This document shows positions 1 to 7,082 of a stretch of DNA of 35,884 nucleotides, piece by piece. The notes below the pieces were generated by a model, which was not told where the DNA came from, made no database searches, and worked only from the letters and a program-made list of their open reading frames with translations. The DNA is from Gemmatimonadota bacterium. Lineage in GTDB: Bacteria > Gemmatimonadota > Gemmatimonadetes > Gemmatimonadales > GWC2-71-9. The first letter of the stretch is position 1. Each line of letters opens with the position of its first letter. The position numbers and the translations under genes are program-made. The stretch is from NCBI GenBank assembly GCA_039588295.1, contig JBDHAB010000032.1, positions 1 through 35,884 of the forward strand. The letters run 5' to 3'.

Positions 1-1
1 A

Positions 2-1144
2 TACTCGATCGCCGTTATATTCCTCTCGCGCCCGAGTGGTGGAACTGGTAGACGCGCGGGACTCAAAATCCCGTCCCGGCAACGGGGTGACGGTTCGACT
101 CCGTCCTCGGGCATTCCACGGATGCTCAAAGGGCCCCGCGCTAACTGGCGGGGCCCTTTGTTGGTCGCCCGGTGTTCTCGCGCCGCCCGCGCACACCCCA
201 ACCTTTACACCGCGCACAGGGCGCTGCGGGGGAGCGCGCGCGACCTCCCAGCGTTGGGCACCCCGACCTCGGGTTCGACCCCGTCCTCTCGGAGCATCCG
301 ACCGTCTCGACGCGCCGGCCTGTGTCCTCCGTACGCCGGTCGTGTCTCGAAGGACGCGGGGCCGGGAGCTGAACTGCCGATCACTGGCCATGGCAGGCCG
401 GAGCGCGGTGACAAATGCTCGCACACAGTGTGGATCGAACTGCCGCCCCGCACCCGTTATCAGCTCGCGAATTGCATGTGTCCGCTTGAGTGGAGCGCGA
501 TACGGTCGCCGACTCGTCATCGCGTCGAAGGCGTCGGCGATCGCCACGATCCTGGCCGCCAAGGGAATTTCTTCTCCCCGAAGCCCATCGGGGAATCCAC
601 CACCGTCGAACCGCTCGTGGTGCCAGCGTACGATCGCGAGCACGGTGACGTGATGTCGCAGCAAGGACCGCAGAATCTGCTCGCCAATGATGGGGTGTTG
701 GCGTATACGGGCATGCTCCTGTCGCTGGAGGGGTCCGGCCTTGTGGAGCACGGCATCGGGTATTCCGATCTTCCCCACGTCGTGCATCTGCGCTCCGAGT
801 CGGATCTCGCGAGTCTCCTGTTCGGAAAGCCCGAGCTGCCCGGCGATGGCCGCGGCGTAGGTGGCAACGCGAGTGGAGTGTTCCCTAGTGGACGCGTCCC
901 GCGCGCACATGGCTGCGCCGACCGATGCCACCGCATCGTCGAATAACCGCGTCGTTTGCCCCGGTACGCCCTTTTCCTCAGGCACCGCGTGGGCTGGCTC
1001 AGTGCTCTCGCGACGGCCTTGGGGGCACGCTGGGTCAAAGTGACCCAGGGAGCCCACGGCTCGGTTGGCGGGTCCCCGACGCCGCTCGTCGAGCGCACTC
1101 GCCAAGGAGCCCAGTGATTTCGCGGTGCTTCTGCGTCGTGTCAT
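2..1144 (-). CDS. HD-GYP domain cyclic-dinucleotide phosphodiesterase (no stop codon in window; possibly frameshifted at C-terminus)
   Basis: Manual translation of the minus frame from ATG 1144: ...ARDASTREHSTRVATYA...GAQMHDVGKIGIPDAVLHKAGPL...RQHPIIGEQIL...VRWHHERFDGGGFPDGLRGEEIPLAARIVAIADAFDAMTSRRPYR...GAGRQFDPHCVRAF. The domain spans about 400-930. No in-frame stop down to base 2. Start uncertain (alternative ATG at 910). Confidence 0.85.
   Translation of the reverse strand, partial: MTRRRSTAKSLGSLASALDERRRGPANRAVGSLGHFDPACPQGRRESTEPAHAVPEEKGVPGQTTRLFDDAVASVGAAMCARDASTREHSTRVATYAAAIAGQLGLSEQETREIRLGAQMHDVGKIGIPDAVLHKAGPLQRQEHARIRQHPIIGEQILRSLLRHHVTVLAIVRWHHERFDGGGFPDGLRGEEIPLAARIVAIADAFDAMTSRRPYRAPLKRTHAIRELITGAGRQFDPHCVRAFVTALRPAMASDRQFSSRPRVLRDTTGVRRTQAGASRRSDAPRGRGRTRGRGAQRWEVARAPPQRPVRGVKVGVCAGGARTPGDQQRAPPVSAGPFEHPWNARGRSRTVTPLPGRDFESRASTSSTTRAREEYNGDRV
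16..21 (+). promoter_or_regulatory. candidate sigma70 -10 element for tRNA-Leu
   Basis: TATATT 8 nt upstream of the tRNA; -35 would lie outside the window. Confidence 0.4.
30..113 (+). tRNA. tRNA-Leu (anticodon CAA)
   Basis: Acceptor stem GCCCGAG/CTCGGGC, D-loop TGGTAGAC, anticodon arm CGGGA-CTCAAAA-TCCCG, long variable arm, T-loop GGTTCGACTCC, discriminator A113. CCA not directly encoded. Confidence 0.97.
127..162. terminator. intrinsic, probably bidirectional, terminator after tRNA-Leu
   Basis: Perfect 13-bp inverted repeat CAAAGGGCCCCGC (127-139) / GCGGGGCCCTTTG (148-160) with an 8-nt loop. Confidence 0.8.
272..299 (+). repeat. degenerate direct repeat of the tRNA-Leu 3' end (att-like scar)
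   Basis: GGTTCGACCCCGTCCTC (272-288) matches tRNA 92-108 GGTTCGACTCCGTCCTC at 16/17, followed by weaker similarity. Confidence 0.5.
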
Positions 1145-1198
1145 CGTTGCGTCAGCCGCTGAGTCGTCCGTTCAGGTCTTCATGCCGCAGTTGAAGGG

Positions 1199-1214
1199 AG
1201 CAGATCCGATGCCA
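1199..1214 (-). promoter_or_regulatory. sigma54 -24/-12 promoter for the HD-GYP gene
   Basis: Minus strand TGGCATCGGATCTGCT: GG-N10-GC with exact spacing, about 55 nt upstream of ATG 1144. Confidence 0.65.
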
Positions 1215-1281
1215 TTTCGTCTCGATCTCCTAACCGCCTGAGTGGCATTGACTTATGGGTCTGAGCCGCTGCACGTGAGCC

Positions 1282-1297
1282 TGGTACGGATTGTGCA
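1282..1297 (+). promoter_or_regulatory. sigma54 -24/-12 promoter for the enhancer-binding protein gene
   Basis: TGGTACGGATTGTGCA: GG-N10-GC, 33 nt upstream of ATG 1330. Confidence 0.6.
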
Positions 1298-1329
1298 TCC
1301 TGGTTCAAATGGGACCAAAGGATCGCTCA

Positions 1330-2820
1330 ATGGCAACAAGGATTCGGGCCAATTCGGCGCAGGCACGCGGACGGCGAGCCTCCTACACGAAACGGGAAGT
1401 TCCCGAAGTGAATGGGATGACCGTGCTCGTGGTGCAATTGTCCGATTCGTTCGCAGAGTTCTGGGGAAGCCTGAGCCGCGATCTCGGGATCGACGTGCGG
1501 GTGGTTGGAGGCGAAGATATGGGCGCCGTGGGCGCCGAGGTGAGCGCCGTGGTCCTCGCGGTCGGAGGGATGGAACACGATGCGGTTGACTGGCTCGATC
1601 AGCACGAGCTACCGGCAACCCTGCCGGTGCTCGCCGTCGGCGCGGATCCGGGACGGCACATCGCCACGCGTCTCGTCCGCCACGGTGCGACCGACTACTA
1701 CGCGTTTCCGGCGGACCTCGAGATCTTCTTCAGTGGTGCGGAGGCGGCCCTGGATCGACAGCGTGAATGGCGGCGCCGCAATGCGGCGTCCGTTGCCGAG
1801 GTCAAACCCGAGGCGTTTGCCGCGATCGTCGGCGAGAGTCCGCCCCTCAAGACCGTCCTCGCACGGGCTGCCCGGCTCCTCCCGCATCCGGATGCCACAG
1901 CACTCATCGTCGGCGAGACGGGCACCGGGAAGGAACTCCTGGCGCGCGCGATTCACGAGGGCGGCCCACGGCGACGAGGTCCGTTCGTCGCCGTCAACAG
2001 TTCGGCGCTGCCAGAACATCTCGTCGAATCGGAGCTCTTTGGGCATGAAAAGGGAGCGTTCACCGATGCCTACGCGCCGAAGCCCGGGCTGTTCGAGGTT
2101 GCCGAGGGCGGGACACTGTTCCTGGATGAGATCGGAACGCTGCCTGTCGATCTCCAGGCCAAGCTGCTGCGCGTGCTCGAGGATAAGTTGATCCGACGGG
2201 TTGGGGGCACCAAGTGGCGCAGAGCGAACGTCCGAATCCTTGCTGCCACCAACAAGCGGCTCGAGGAGGCAATCCGCGCGGGGGGCTTCCGGCAGGATCT
2301 CTACTATCGATTGAGTGTGGTTACGCTGACCCTCCCACCTCTTCGGGAGCGTGGTGACGACGTCATCCTGATTGCTACCGATCTGTTGACGCGCACCGCA
2401 CAGGACTACGGCCTGCCGGTTCCCGTGCTCGATGCCCGGGCGCGGGGGGCAATCAGCGCGCAACCGTGGCTCGGAAACGTCAGGGAGCTCAAGAACGCCG
2501 TGGAGCGCGCCCTCCTGTTATCACCGCCCGGGAAGCTGGACCTGACAGAGCTTATTCAGCAGGGCGAGACCGCTACGGCTCCGGCTGCTGGGGCGTTGCC
2601 GTTTCCCGGTCGACTCGAGACCATTGTGGTCGCGGCAGCCCGGGCCACCCTCGAGCTCTGCGAAGGCAACCGCAGCGCAGCCGCGAGACGCCTCGGGATC
2701 TCGCGCCGCAGGCTGCGTAGACTCCTGCACCTCGACGACGGAACGGCACGGAGCCCTGGGGCGAACCGACCCGGCCCGGCACGGAGTGACCCACCGTGCC
2801 CACGGCCTCCGGTCAGCTAA
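1330..2820 (+). CDS. sigma54-dependent Fis-family transcriptional activator (bEBP) with degenerate receiver-like N-terminus
   Basis: Walker [24 protein letters not shown], Walker [27 protein letters not shown]-terminal [22 protein letters not shown] precedes ATG 1330; alternative start 1417. Confidence 0.93.
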   Translation: MATRIRANSAQARGRRASYTKREVPEVNGMTVLVVQLSDSFAEFWGSLSRDLGIDVRVVGGEDMGAVGAEVSAVVLAVGGMEHDAVDWLDQHELPATLPVLAVGADPGRHIATRLVRHGATDYYAFPADLEIFFSGAEAALDRQREWRRRNAASVAEVKPEAFAAIVGESPPLKTVLARAARLLPHPDATALIVGETGTGKELLARAIHEGGPRRRGPFVAVNSSALPEHLVESELFGHEKGAFTDAYAPKPGLFEVAEGGTLFLDEIGTLPVDLQAKLLRVLEDKLIRRVGGTKWRRANVRILAATNKRLEEAIRAGGFRQDLYYRLSVVTLTLPPLRERGDDVILIATDLLTRTAQDYGLPVPVLDARARGAISAQPWLGNVRELKNAVERALLLSPPGKLDLTELIQQGETATAPAAGALPFPGRLETIVVAAARATLELCEGNRSAAARRLGISRRRLRRLLHLDDGTARSPGANRPGPARSDPPCPRPPVS

Positions 2821-2858
2821 GCACAAACTAGGACTATACTTCGCTGCCACTCCTCCTG

Positions 2859-2874
2859 CGGCACGTGAGATGCA
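2859..2874 (+). promoter_or_regulatory. sigma54 -24/-12 promoter for the lipoprotein-TPR operon
   Basis: CGGCACGTGAGATGCA: GGCACG and TGC with exact spacing, in the intergenic gap before ATG 2960. Confidence 0.65.
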
Positions 2875-2959
2875 GCTTCCTGAGAACGGACCTGCGTGGC
2901 GCTCACCCTTGCCCGGGAACTGGCTCCGCGCTGCTCGCAGATCGCAACTAGGAGGGACC

Positions 2960-3652
2960 ATGCATTCTCGGAGGCTCACACTCGCGGTCGCCGCAGGCGT
3001 CGTCCTGCTCGCCTGCGCAGAATTGACGGGGCCGCCCGCGACTCGTCCTCGCCCGCCGAACGCCGTTAGCGAAGCGCAGCTCCACCACTTGCAGTGGCGC
3101 GCGTCGCAGCCGCAGTTCCTGCTCGGTCCGGCGCAGGGAACGTTCGCGGTCACGGCTTCGCCGACGGCCGAGCCGCCCCAACTCGCGGAATACGAAGCGT
3201 CCTTCACCGCCGTCAAAGGAGAAGCAGGTTCCCTGCGAATCGACTATCGAAGCACTGACGGTCAGTCGCTTCCGTTCCTCCTGTTCTCGCTCGGAAGAGA
3301 GTCGCTTGCGGCGCTTCCCGACGGCACGCCCCTCAACCAGGGTGACGCGGTCCGAATCAGCGTGGCCATCGACACGTCCAAGTTCGTGATTCGGTTTCTC
3401 CCCAAGGGGCTGACCCTTAGCGAGGCGGATCCGGCCAGGTTGCAGATCTGGTACACGGGTGCCGATCAAGACCTGGACGGCGATGGCTATGTCGACGCTC
3501 ACGATTCGTACATCGAGAGCGAGCTACTTGGCCTTTGGCGTCAACAGCTCGATACCGAGTACTGGACACAGACCGATGCGACGCAATCCACCACTGAGAA
3601 AGAATTCTCGGGCGGCGTCATCAACCTGTCAGGATACGCGGTCTCCTACTGA
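2960..3652 (+). CDS. hypothetical lipoprotein
   Basis: Strong SD AGGAGG, signal MHSRRLTLAVAAGVVLLA|C (lipobox), beta-rich body, DLDGDGYVD calcium-loop-like motif. Confidence 0.8.
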   Translation: MHSRRLTLAVAAGVVLLACAELTGPPATRPRPPNAVSEAQLHHLQWRASQPQFLLGPAQGTFAVTASPTAEPPQLAEYEASFTAVKGEAGSLRIDYRSTDGQSLPFLLFSLGRESLAALPDGTPLNQGDAVRISVAIDTSKFVIRFLPKGLTLSEADPARLQIWYTGADQDLDGDGYVDAHDSYIESELLGLWRQQLDTEYWTQTDATQSTTEKEFSGGVINLSGYAVSY

Positions 3653-3653
3653 G

Positions 3654-4658
3654 ATGAACGCCCACGAGTCCCTCAGGACGTTCCAAAGAGCGCACAACCT
3701 CGCGGCCACCGGCCAACACGCTGGTGTTGTGGAGCTGCTCAGTGGACAACCGACCGAGGAAGTCGAGAGCTCGCCGAGCCTGGCCTTGCTCCTCGGGATT
3801 GCCCAAGCCCGGCTCGGTCGCGACGAAGAAGCACACCACTGGGTAGCCCTGGCGCTCCAACGCTCGCGCGAGCGGGGAGATCGGGCAGCCGAAACGCGTG
3901 CACTCAACGTCTCGGGCGCCATTGCCTTGGAGAGCGGTCGTGTGAACGAGGCTGCGGCTTGCTTCTCGCGAGCGCTGGCAGAAGCGGAGCGCGAGGGGGA
4001 TCACGCGACGGTCGGACGCTGTTCGAACAACCTCGGAATTATAGCAAACATGCGCGGTGACTACGGCAGGGCCGTCGGCTCGTACATGGTGGCGTTGGCG
4101 GCGTTTCAGCGTGCCGACTTGCGTAGCGGCGTCGCGGAGGCACTCCACAACCTTGCCATCACGTATCGAGACCAGGGCGATCTCGCGAAGGCGAAGGAGA
4201 CCGCCGATCGGGCCCTGGAAGTCGCTGCAGCCTCAGGTGATCTGAGACTCTCCGCGTTGGCTCGCGGCGGGGGCGCCGAGATCCGGCTCCTGGCAGGTGA
4301 GCCGACTGTAGCAGAGCGTGCGATTGAGCGCGTGATGGAGACCCAGCGACGCGTGGGCAATGTGGTGGGAGAAGCACAGGATCTCCGGGTGTTGGCCGGG
4401 TGTCTCGCAGCTCAGGGGAACGTAGAGGCCGCCAAGGCCACGCTGCTGGACGTGCTCGAACGTGCAGAGATATTGGGCCGCCCACTGCTCGCCGCCCAGG
4501 CAGAGCGCGACCTGGCACACGTCGCCCATCGGAGTGGCCGCTTGGACGAGGCCCGTGACCTGGCGCTGAGCGCGCGCGCGCGATTCCTAGCACTCGGCGC
4601 AGTTGCGGAGGCGTCGAAGCTTTCGGAACTCCTTCCCGAAGAGGAAGTGCAGGCCTGA
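3654..4658 (+). CDS. tetratricopeptide repeat protein (MalT-like TPR)
   Basis: ATG 1 nt after the lipoprotein stop; roughly 40-aa helical repeats such as GRCSNNLGIIANMRGDYGRAVGSY and AEALHNLAITYRDQGDLAKA. Confidence 0.88.
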   Translation: MNAHESLRTFQRAHNLAATGQHAGVVELLSGQPTEEVESSPSLALLLGIAQARLGRDEEAHHWVALALQRSRERGDRAAETRALNVSGAIALESGRVNEAAACFSRALAEAEREGDHATVGRCSNNLGIIANMRGDYGRAVGSYMVALAAFQRADLRSGVAEALHNLAITYRDQGDLAKAKETADRALEVAAASGDLRLSALARGGGAEIRLLAGEPTVAERAIERVMETQRRVGNVVGEAQDLRVLAGCLAAQGNVEAAKATLLDVLERAEILGRPLLAAQAERDLAHVAHRSGRLDEARDLALSARARFLALGAVAEASKLSELLPEEEVQA

Positions 4659-4771
4659 ACGCGGATCGCAGCTTCCATCCGCCAGGCCAAGACCCATCGG
4701 CAATCTTTCGGATAGCACACAATTGCATCAGTCGCAGCAGTGACACCGGTGCGCCGAGACCGAGCCGCCTA

Positions 4772-5068
4772 CTAGTGCGATTGGCTATCGTTGGCGGAGT
4801 CTCGAAGTTGTCGTTCCCGGAGCGCCGCCCGACGACTCTTCACCGTCAACACCACGTAACCGGTCGCCCAAACCCCAACCAACCCGCCGAGGGTCGGTAG
4901 CGGAAAGCGCACGAAGGCCCAGAGGACGCCGACCAGCACAGCCAGGAAGCCAAGCGTAGCCACAGCGCCAAGAGCCAGCTCGGTCAGACGCTGGCGCCGG
5001 CTCGTGGATTCGCGTTCGGCGTAGTACCGGAGCCAGGGACCCAGCCTGGGTTTCTCATCGGGCATCAC
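4772..5068 (-). CDS. small hypothetical membrane protein (2 TM)
   Basis: Two hydrophobic segments flanked by basic residues; GTG 5068 or ATG 5065 start. Confidence 0.7.
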   Translation of the reverse strand: MMPDEKPRLGPWLRYYAERESTSRRQRLTELALGAVATLGFLAVLVGVLWAFVRFPLPTLGGLVGVWATGYVVLTVKSRRAALRERQLRDSANDSQSH

Positions 5069-5146
5069 GGATCGCTCGGCGGAACGCCATTCCTAAGGTA
5101 CCGTGCCAGCCACGCGGCCAACAGCGGATCGGCACACCACACACGC

Positions 5147-5428
5147 CTAGTCCCCAGGGCAGCGGACGGCGGTCGGGGGGACGTTGTCGCAGGCGATGGT
5201 CTCGGTCATGCCCGAGGCCATCACCGCGCATGCGGCGCGTTGCGCGGCGCGGCGTGCCTCCTGGTCAGTGGCGCCCGATCCCCGCCGACACGTGGTCTGC
5301 CCGCGGAAGGTGACACAGAGCTCACACTCGGCCTGCACGACACGGAGACTGCCGAAGATCAACGCCGCCCCAAAGACGGCGAGGACGATGACGAGGGCCA
5401 CGATGCGCCCGCGCTTGTTGGGTTTCAT
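5147..5428 (-). CDS. small membrane-anchored or exported Cys-rich hypothetical protein
   Basis: MKPNKRGR plus a hydrophobic anchor, then a 6-Cys domain; start 5428 or 5443. Confidence 0.72.
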   Translation of the reverse strand: MKPNKRGRIVALVIVLAVFGAALIFGSLRVVQAECELCVTFRGQTTCRRGSGATDQEARRAAQRAACAVMASGMTETIACDNVPPTAVRCPGD

Positions 5429-5582
5429 TGTGGTTCGGTGCATGGCGTCCATCCAGTCCCCGGGTTGTCGACCTGCGGCGAGGAACTGGGAAGTGTAACG
5501 CCATCGCGCGATCGACGAGGCCGGGCTCCGGAAACCGCCGTGCGCATTCCGCCGTACGGTCTCATGGACAACCGAGCCGATC

Positions 5583-6272
5583 ATGCATCCTGCCCCAGTC
5601 AGGCCTCGACGCCTCACGGTCGCGCGGCTCCTCAGCGGCGCCGGACTGGCGGTCATGCTCCTGGTGCTTCCGTTCGTGGCGCTCCTCAGAGGATCGTCGT
5701 ACTTCTATCTGCAGCGCGGCTCCTCGACCTGGGTGGCGGTCGGGCTCGGCGCAGTGATCGCGCTGGGAATTGTGGCGCTCTACGGAAGCTGGATCTCAAA
5801 GAGACTGACGGGCCGCGCGCGGTTCTGGTTCATCTCCAAATGGGTCGCCACGCCGCTCGTCATCATCTACTGCCTCCATGGGTTGCTCTTTCTCTCCCGG
5901 GTCAACGCGAAGTCCGAGCGTGTGCGGTCCTACTACACGAACCTGCACCCACTCTTGCGGCTCGCCGTGAGCACGTTCGTAATCATCGACGGCGATCTCG
6001 TCATCACCGATCTCGCACGCCAACCACGAGACTATCGAGCCATGGGCCTTCCGGTTGCCGAACGGTCCATGCACTATGTGCAGCGCGACGGCTACGCGCA
6101 CGCGATGGATCTCCGCACGGGTGGTCGGAGCTCCATCAGGAACTGGGCCACCGCCGGGTACTTCCGAATGTTGGGATTTCGTGTTCTGCGTCACGTCGGG
6201 ACCGCCGATCACCTCCATATTTCACTTCCGGTCCCGGCACAATCCCAACTCGCTGCCGACACCCGGAACTAG
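5583..6272 (+). CDS. membrane protein with C-terminal Hedgehog/DD-peptidase (M15-like) zinc motif
   Basis: Three N-terminal TM segments, then RSMH...GYAHAMDL and DHLHISL, resembling SxH..AxD plus HxH. Confidence 0.7.
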   Translation: MHPAPVRPRRLTVARLLSGAGLAVMLLVLPFVALLRGSSYFYLQRGSSTWVAVGLGAVIALGIVALYGSWISKRLTGRARFWFISKWVATPLVIIYCLHGLLFLSRVNAKSERVRSYYTNLHPLLRLAVSTFVIIDGDLVITDLARQPRDYRAMGLPVAERSMHYVQRDGYAHAMDLRTGGRSSIRNWATAGYFRMLGFRVLRHVGTADHLHISLPVPAQSQLAADTRN

Positions 6273-6346
6273 CACCCTTCGGCAGCCGTGCGTACGCACG
6301 GCTATGCCGATTTGACATCTCCATCGGACCCTTACGCCCGAATTAC

Positions 6347-6886
6347 ATGCAGAGACTTCGCGAATCTTTTGGCAGGGCGCGTGATCGGCTGTTCATGAAG
6401 GACGGAAATACCGGTCTGGCACCGACCACCTCCTCGATTACGGACTACTCGTGTGCCGACTGGGACGAGGAATGCATGGCGATTTTCGGGGAGGGAAGGG
6501 ACCCCGAGCCGTGCCTGCAATGCGGACGGTCCGGATTCTTCGGGCCCCGCATCGATCCGACTGATCAGAAATACCGACAGTGTCGATTCTGTGGGTTCAC
6601 CCAAACGGTCGGCGAGGAGCCCGAGCAGTACGTCCCAAGTGTGCATGGTTGCGCGGCTTGGCCGGAATGTGCGCGGGCGCCGTATATCTGGTGGACCGCA
6701 CCAACCGTGGAATCGTACCTGTGTCCGTTCTGCGGCACCCGGGTCCGGGTCGCGGAAGCACTCGTGACGCGACCGGTCGATCACCTCGAACACCCGTGGT
6801 GGAAGGTCCCTCAGCGACGCAAGCGATTCTACTACATCAGGTTCTGGGAGAACTGGGAGGTCACGAGAGGCCGAGTCCACCTGTAA
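6347..6886 (+). CDS. hypothetical multi-zinc-ribbon protein
   Basis: 3' part of track ORF 5240..6886; CLQC, CRFC, HGC-x5-C, CPFC. Start uncertain (6347, 6395 or 6476). Confidence 0.72.
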   Translation: MQRLRESFGRARDRLFMKDGNTGLAPTTSSITDYSCADWDEECMAIFGEGRDPEPCLQCGRSGFFGPRIDPTDQKYRQCRFCGFTQTVGEEPEQYVPSVHGCAAWPECARAPYIWWTAPTVESYLCPFCGTRVRVAEALVTRPVDHLEHPWWKVPQRRKRFYYIRFWENWEVTRGRVHL

Positions 6887-7005
6887 CCCAGACACACCCC
6901 CCCCAGTCGCACCCACCACAGCCATCTGTCGAGGCTCTGAAGAGCCACCGCGTTACCCGCGGCCCCAGGTGTCGGCCCGGATTGCTCAGGTGGGACAGAT
7001 CGATC

Positions 7006-7034
7006 TTGCCGTGCCATATGCCCTCCACTAACCT
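7006..7034 (+). promoter_or_regulatory. candidate sigma70 promoter for pepA
   Basis: TTGCCG-N17-TAACCT in the intergenic region. Confidence 0.45.
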
Positions 7035-7082
7035 TATGCGACCCAATGCATCCATGAACCCATTCACCGCCTCATACCCAGC

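Noticed and set aside
36..946. Plus-strand ORFs 36..653 and 122..946, and minus ORF 517..1098
   Set aside because: Antisense or off-frame shadows of the HD-GYP gene; the first also overlaps the tRNA
4713..4727. TAGCACACAATTGCA, sigma54-like
   Set aside because: Lacks the invariant GG, spacing is 1 nt short, and there is no plus-strand gene directly downstream
5093..5108. Minus-strand TGGCACGG upstream of the small membrane protein gene (a similar one lies at 7001-7016)
   Set aside because: Good -24 half but no GC at the -12 position
5240..6346. 5' part of the 548-aa ORF 5240..6886
   Set aside because: Low-complexity translation overlapping two better genes; only the 3' Cys-rich part looks coding
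114..7082. Intact prophage, ICE or defence island at tRNA-Leu
   Set aside because: No integrase, transposase, phage or recognisable defence gene, and no distal att copy noticed by eye
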